This document shows positions 23,046 to 24,000 of a stretch of DNA of 24,000 nucleotides, in pieces. The stretch lies in the NCBI GenBank assembly GCA_019057375.1, contig DXJF01000011.1:20886-44885 (forward strand). Reading direction: 5' to 3'. The translations under genes and the position numbers were made by a program. The stretch comes from Candidatus Heimdallarchaeota archaeon. Its GTDB lineage: Archaea; Asgardarchaeota; Heimdallarchaeia; Heimdallarchaeales; Heimdallarchaeaceae. How positions within the stretch are numbered: position 1 is the first letter of the stretch; the number at the start of each line of letters is the position of its first letter. Below the pieces are notes generated by a model. The model was not told where the DNA came from and searched no databases. It worked only from the letters and a program-made list of their open reading frames with translations.

Positions 23046-24000
23046 ATGGACAAAAACAGATTACTAGAAGCCGAAATTGTTTCAGGAAAGAGGAATCCTT
23101 CAGTATACTCCAGTCTTTCGGAAGGAATGAGTTACTACGAAATCAAAAAACAAACTGAATTAGCAATTGATGTTGATAACATGCCCGCTATTCAAGGCTT
23201 AGCAGTTTCGAATAAATTTGCTGTCGCTGAAGCACTCAATTCTAAGAAAGGATATACCATGGTTGCTAGACGTGCAGCTAAGGGAGATAATAGTGCTCCA
23301 GAATTATTTTTCATGCTAAGATCTGCATTGGATGAAAGGACTAGACCTGTTTTTCGTAGACTAGCAAGACAAGTTATTTTGAAATCTGCATTTGGAATCA
23401 CCAGTCAAGGTATCAGGGGAGAAGTTTACGAACAAACAGAGTATGAAATAGGGTTAGATGAGTTTGATATTGATGAAACACTTGAACGTTTTCTACAAAA
23501 CAGAAGTAGGATTCTTCAAACAGAAGATATTGTTAGTTTAGAAAGAAAGGAAAGGATGAAAACAGCTGTTTTAATGTTTGATACTTCAGGTTCATTGTAT
23601 GGTGAGAGGTTTACAACAGCAGCTTTGACTGTTGCTGTAATGTCTTATAATCTTTCTAGGGATAATTTCAGTGTAGTCCTCTTCAATACTCAAGCTTATA
23701 CAATTAAACGAATTAAAGAAAAGGTGAAATCTGAGGAACTCATTAATAGAATTCTGGAAAGCGAAAGTGCTGGTTATACCAATATAGCTGAAGGATTAAG
23801 ATTTGGTGGACTAGAGCTTGATAAAATTAAGAAGAGAAATAAATTTGGTGTCCTTGTAACAGATGGTGCATTCAATAGAGGGGGCGATCCGCGTCCATTG
23901 CTGAAATATTTTCCCCGTTTGCATGTAATCTCACTTCCAAGTAAACATGATTGGGGTAGAAGGGTTTGCAAAGATCTAGCCAGACTTGGTGGAGGTAAAT
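23046..24000 (+). CDS. von Willebrand factor A (VWA) domain protein, partial; the 3' end lies outside the window
   Basis: Not in the ORF track because it has no stop within the window. Hand translation from ATG 23046 stays open to base 23999. MIDAS motif LMFDTSGSLYG, then later VLVTDGAFN. An alternative TTG start at 23001 follows GGAGG. It sits directly downstream of MoxR, the classical pairing. Confidence 0.75.
   Translation, partial: MDKNRLLEAEIVSGKRNPSVYSSLSEGMSYYEIKKQTELAIDVDNMPAIQGLAVSNKFAVAEALNSKKGYTMVARRAAKGDNSAPELFFMLRSALDERTRPVFRRLARQVILKSAFGITSQGIRGEVYEQTEYEIGLDEFDIDETLERFLQNRSRILQTEDIVSLERKERMKTAVLMFDTSGSLYGERFTTAALTVAVMSYNLSRDNFSVVLFNTQAYTIKRIKEKVKSEELINRILESESAGYTNIAEGLRFGGLELDKIKKRNKFGVLVTDGAFNRGGDPRPLLKYFPRLHVISLPSKHDWGRRVCKDLARLGGGK

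Noticed and set aside
67-23971. Remaining antisense ORFs in the track: 67-273, 781-1140, 1899-2120, 4600-5022, 6202-6384, 6453-6674, 8361-8546, 8754-8939, 11033-11221, 12183-12419, 13966-14283, 16042-16368, 16311-16511, 16869-17237, 17789-18100, 18428-18631, 20562-20819, 20984-21178, 21957-22235, 22668-22949, 23192-23401, 23774-23971
   Set aside because: Each lies wholly or mostly inside a longer opposite-strand (or same-locus) gene that carries strong family motifs. None shows motifs, an SD or a promoter context of its own.
1-24000. Search for CRISPR arrays, transposases or IS elements, toxin-antitoxin or other defence modules, and C/D-box sRNAs in intergenic spacers
   Set aside because: I saw no regularly spaced direct repeats, no terminal inverted repeats flanking an ORF, and no transposase, integrase or Cas-like motifs. 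No convincing RUGAUGA...CUGA box pairs appear in the spacers. The window looks like a core chromosomal region.

Overview
This is an AT-rich archaeal chromosomal segment, densely packed with genes. Most are core information-processing genes. The left third holds the conserved archaeal cluster eS19 / PDCD5-like DNA-binding protein / eL39 / eL31 / aIF6 / LX / prefoldin-alpha / FtsY, followed by a convergent aEF-1alpha gene. The rest is mainly a long minus-strand array: STT3/AglB oligosaccharyltransferase, PolD small subunit (DP1), type IA topoisomerase, an Urm1-like ubiquitin-like protein, a gelsolin-domain protein, an archaeosortase-like membrane protein and PolD large subunit (DP2). Two tRNA genes (Arg-UCU, Ser-UGA) sit within it. 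Plus-strand genes in between encode a Roadblock/LC7 protein, Sec61-beta, a MazG-like protein and a glutaredoxin-like protein. The right end has a YqgF/RuvX-like RNase H-fold protein and a MoxR AAA+ / VWA pair; the VWA gene runs off the window. Several products are eukaryote-type signature proteins: a Rab/Ras-like GTPase, Roadblock, a gelsolin domain, Urm1 and an STT3 with eukaryote-type motifs. Together with PolD and archaeal ribosomal proteins this suggests an Asgard (Lokiarchaeia-like) genome, but that is an inference from motifs only. I found no CRISPR array, transposon, integrase or recognisable defence island. The most promising non-standard unit is the tightly linked gelsolin-domain + Urm1-like gene pair. 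Other points worth follow-up are the degenerate RuvX-like protein next to DP2, a MoxR with an Asn-Glu Walker B, a small zinc-finger ORF coupled to topA, and an acidic tail on eL31. All family calls come from reading motifs by eye; no searches were run.
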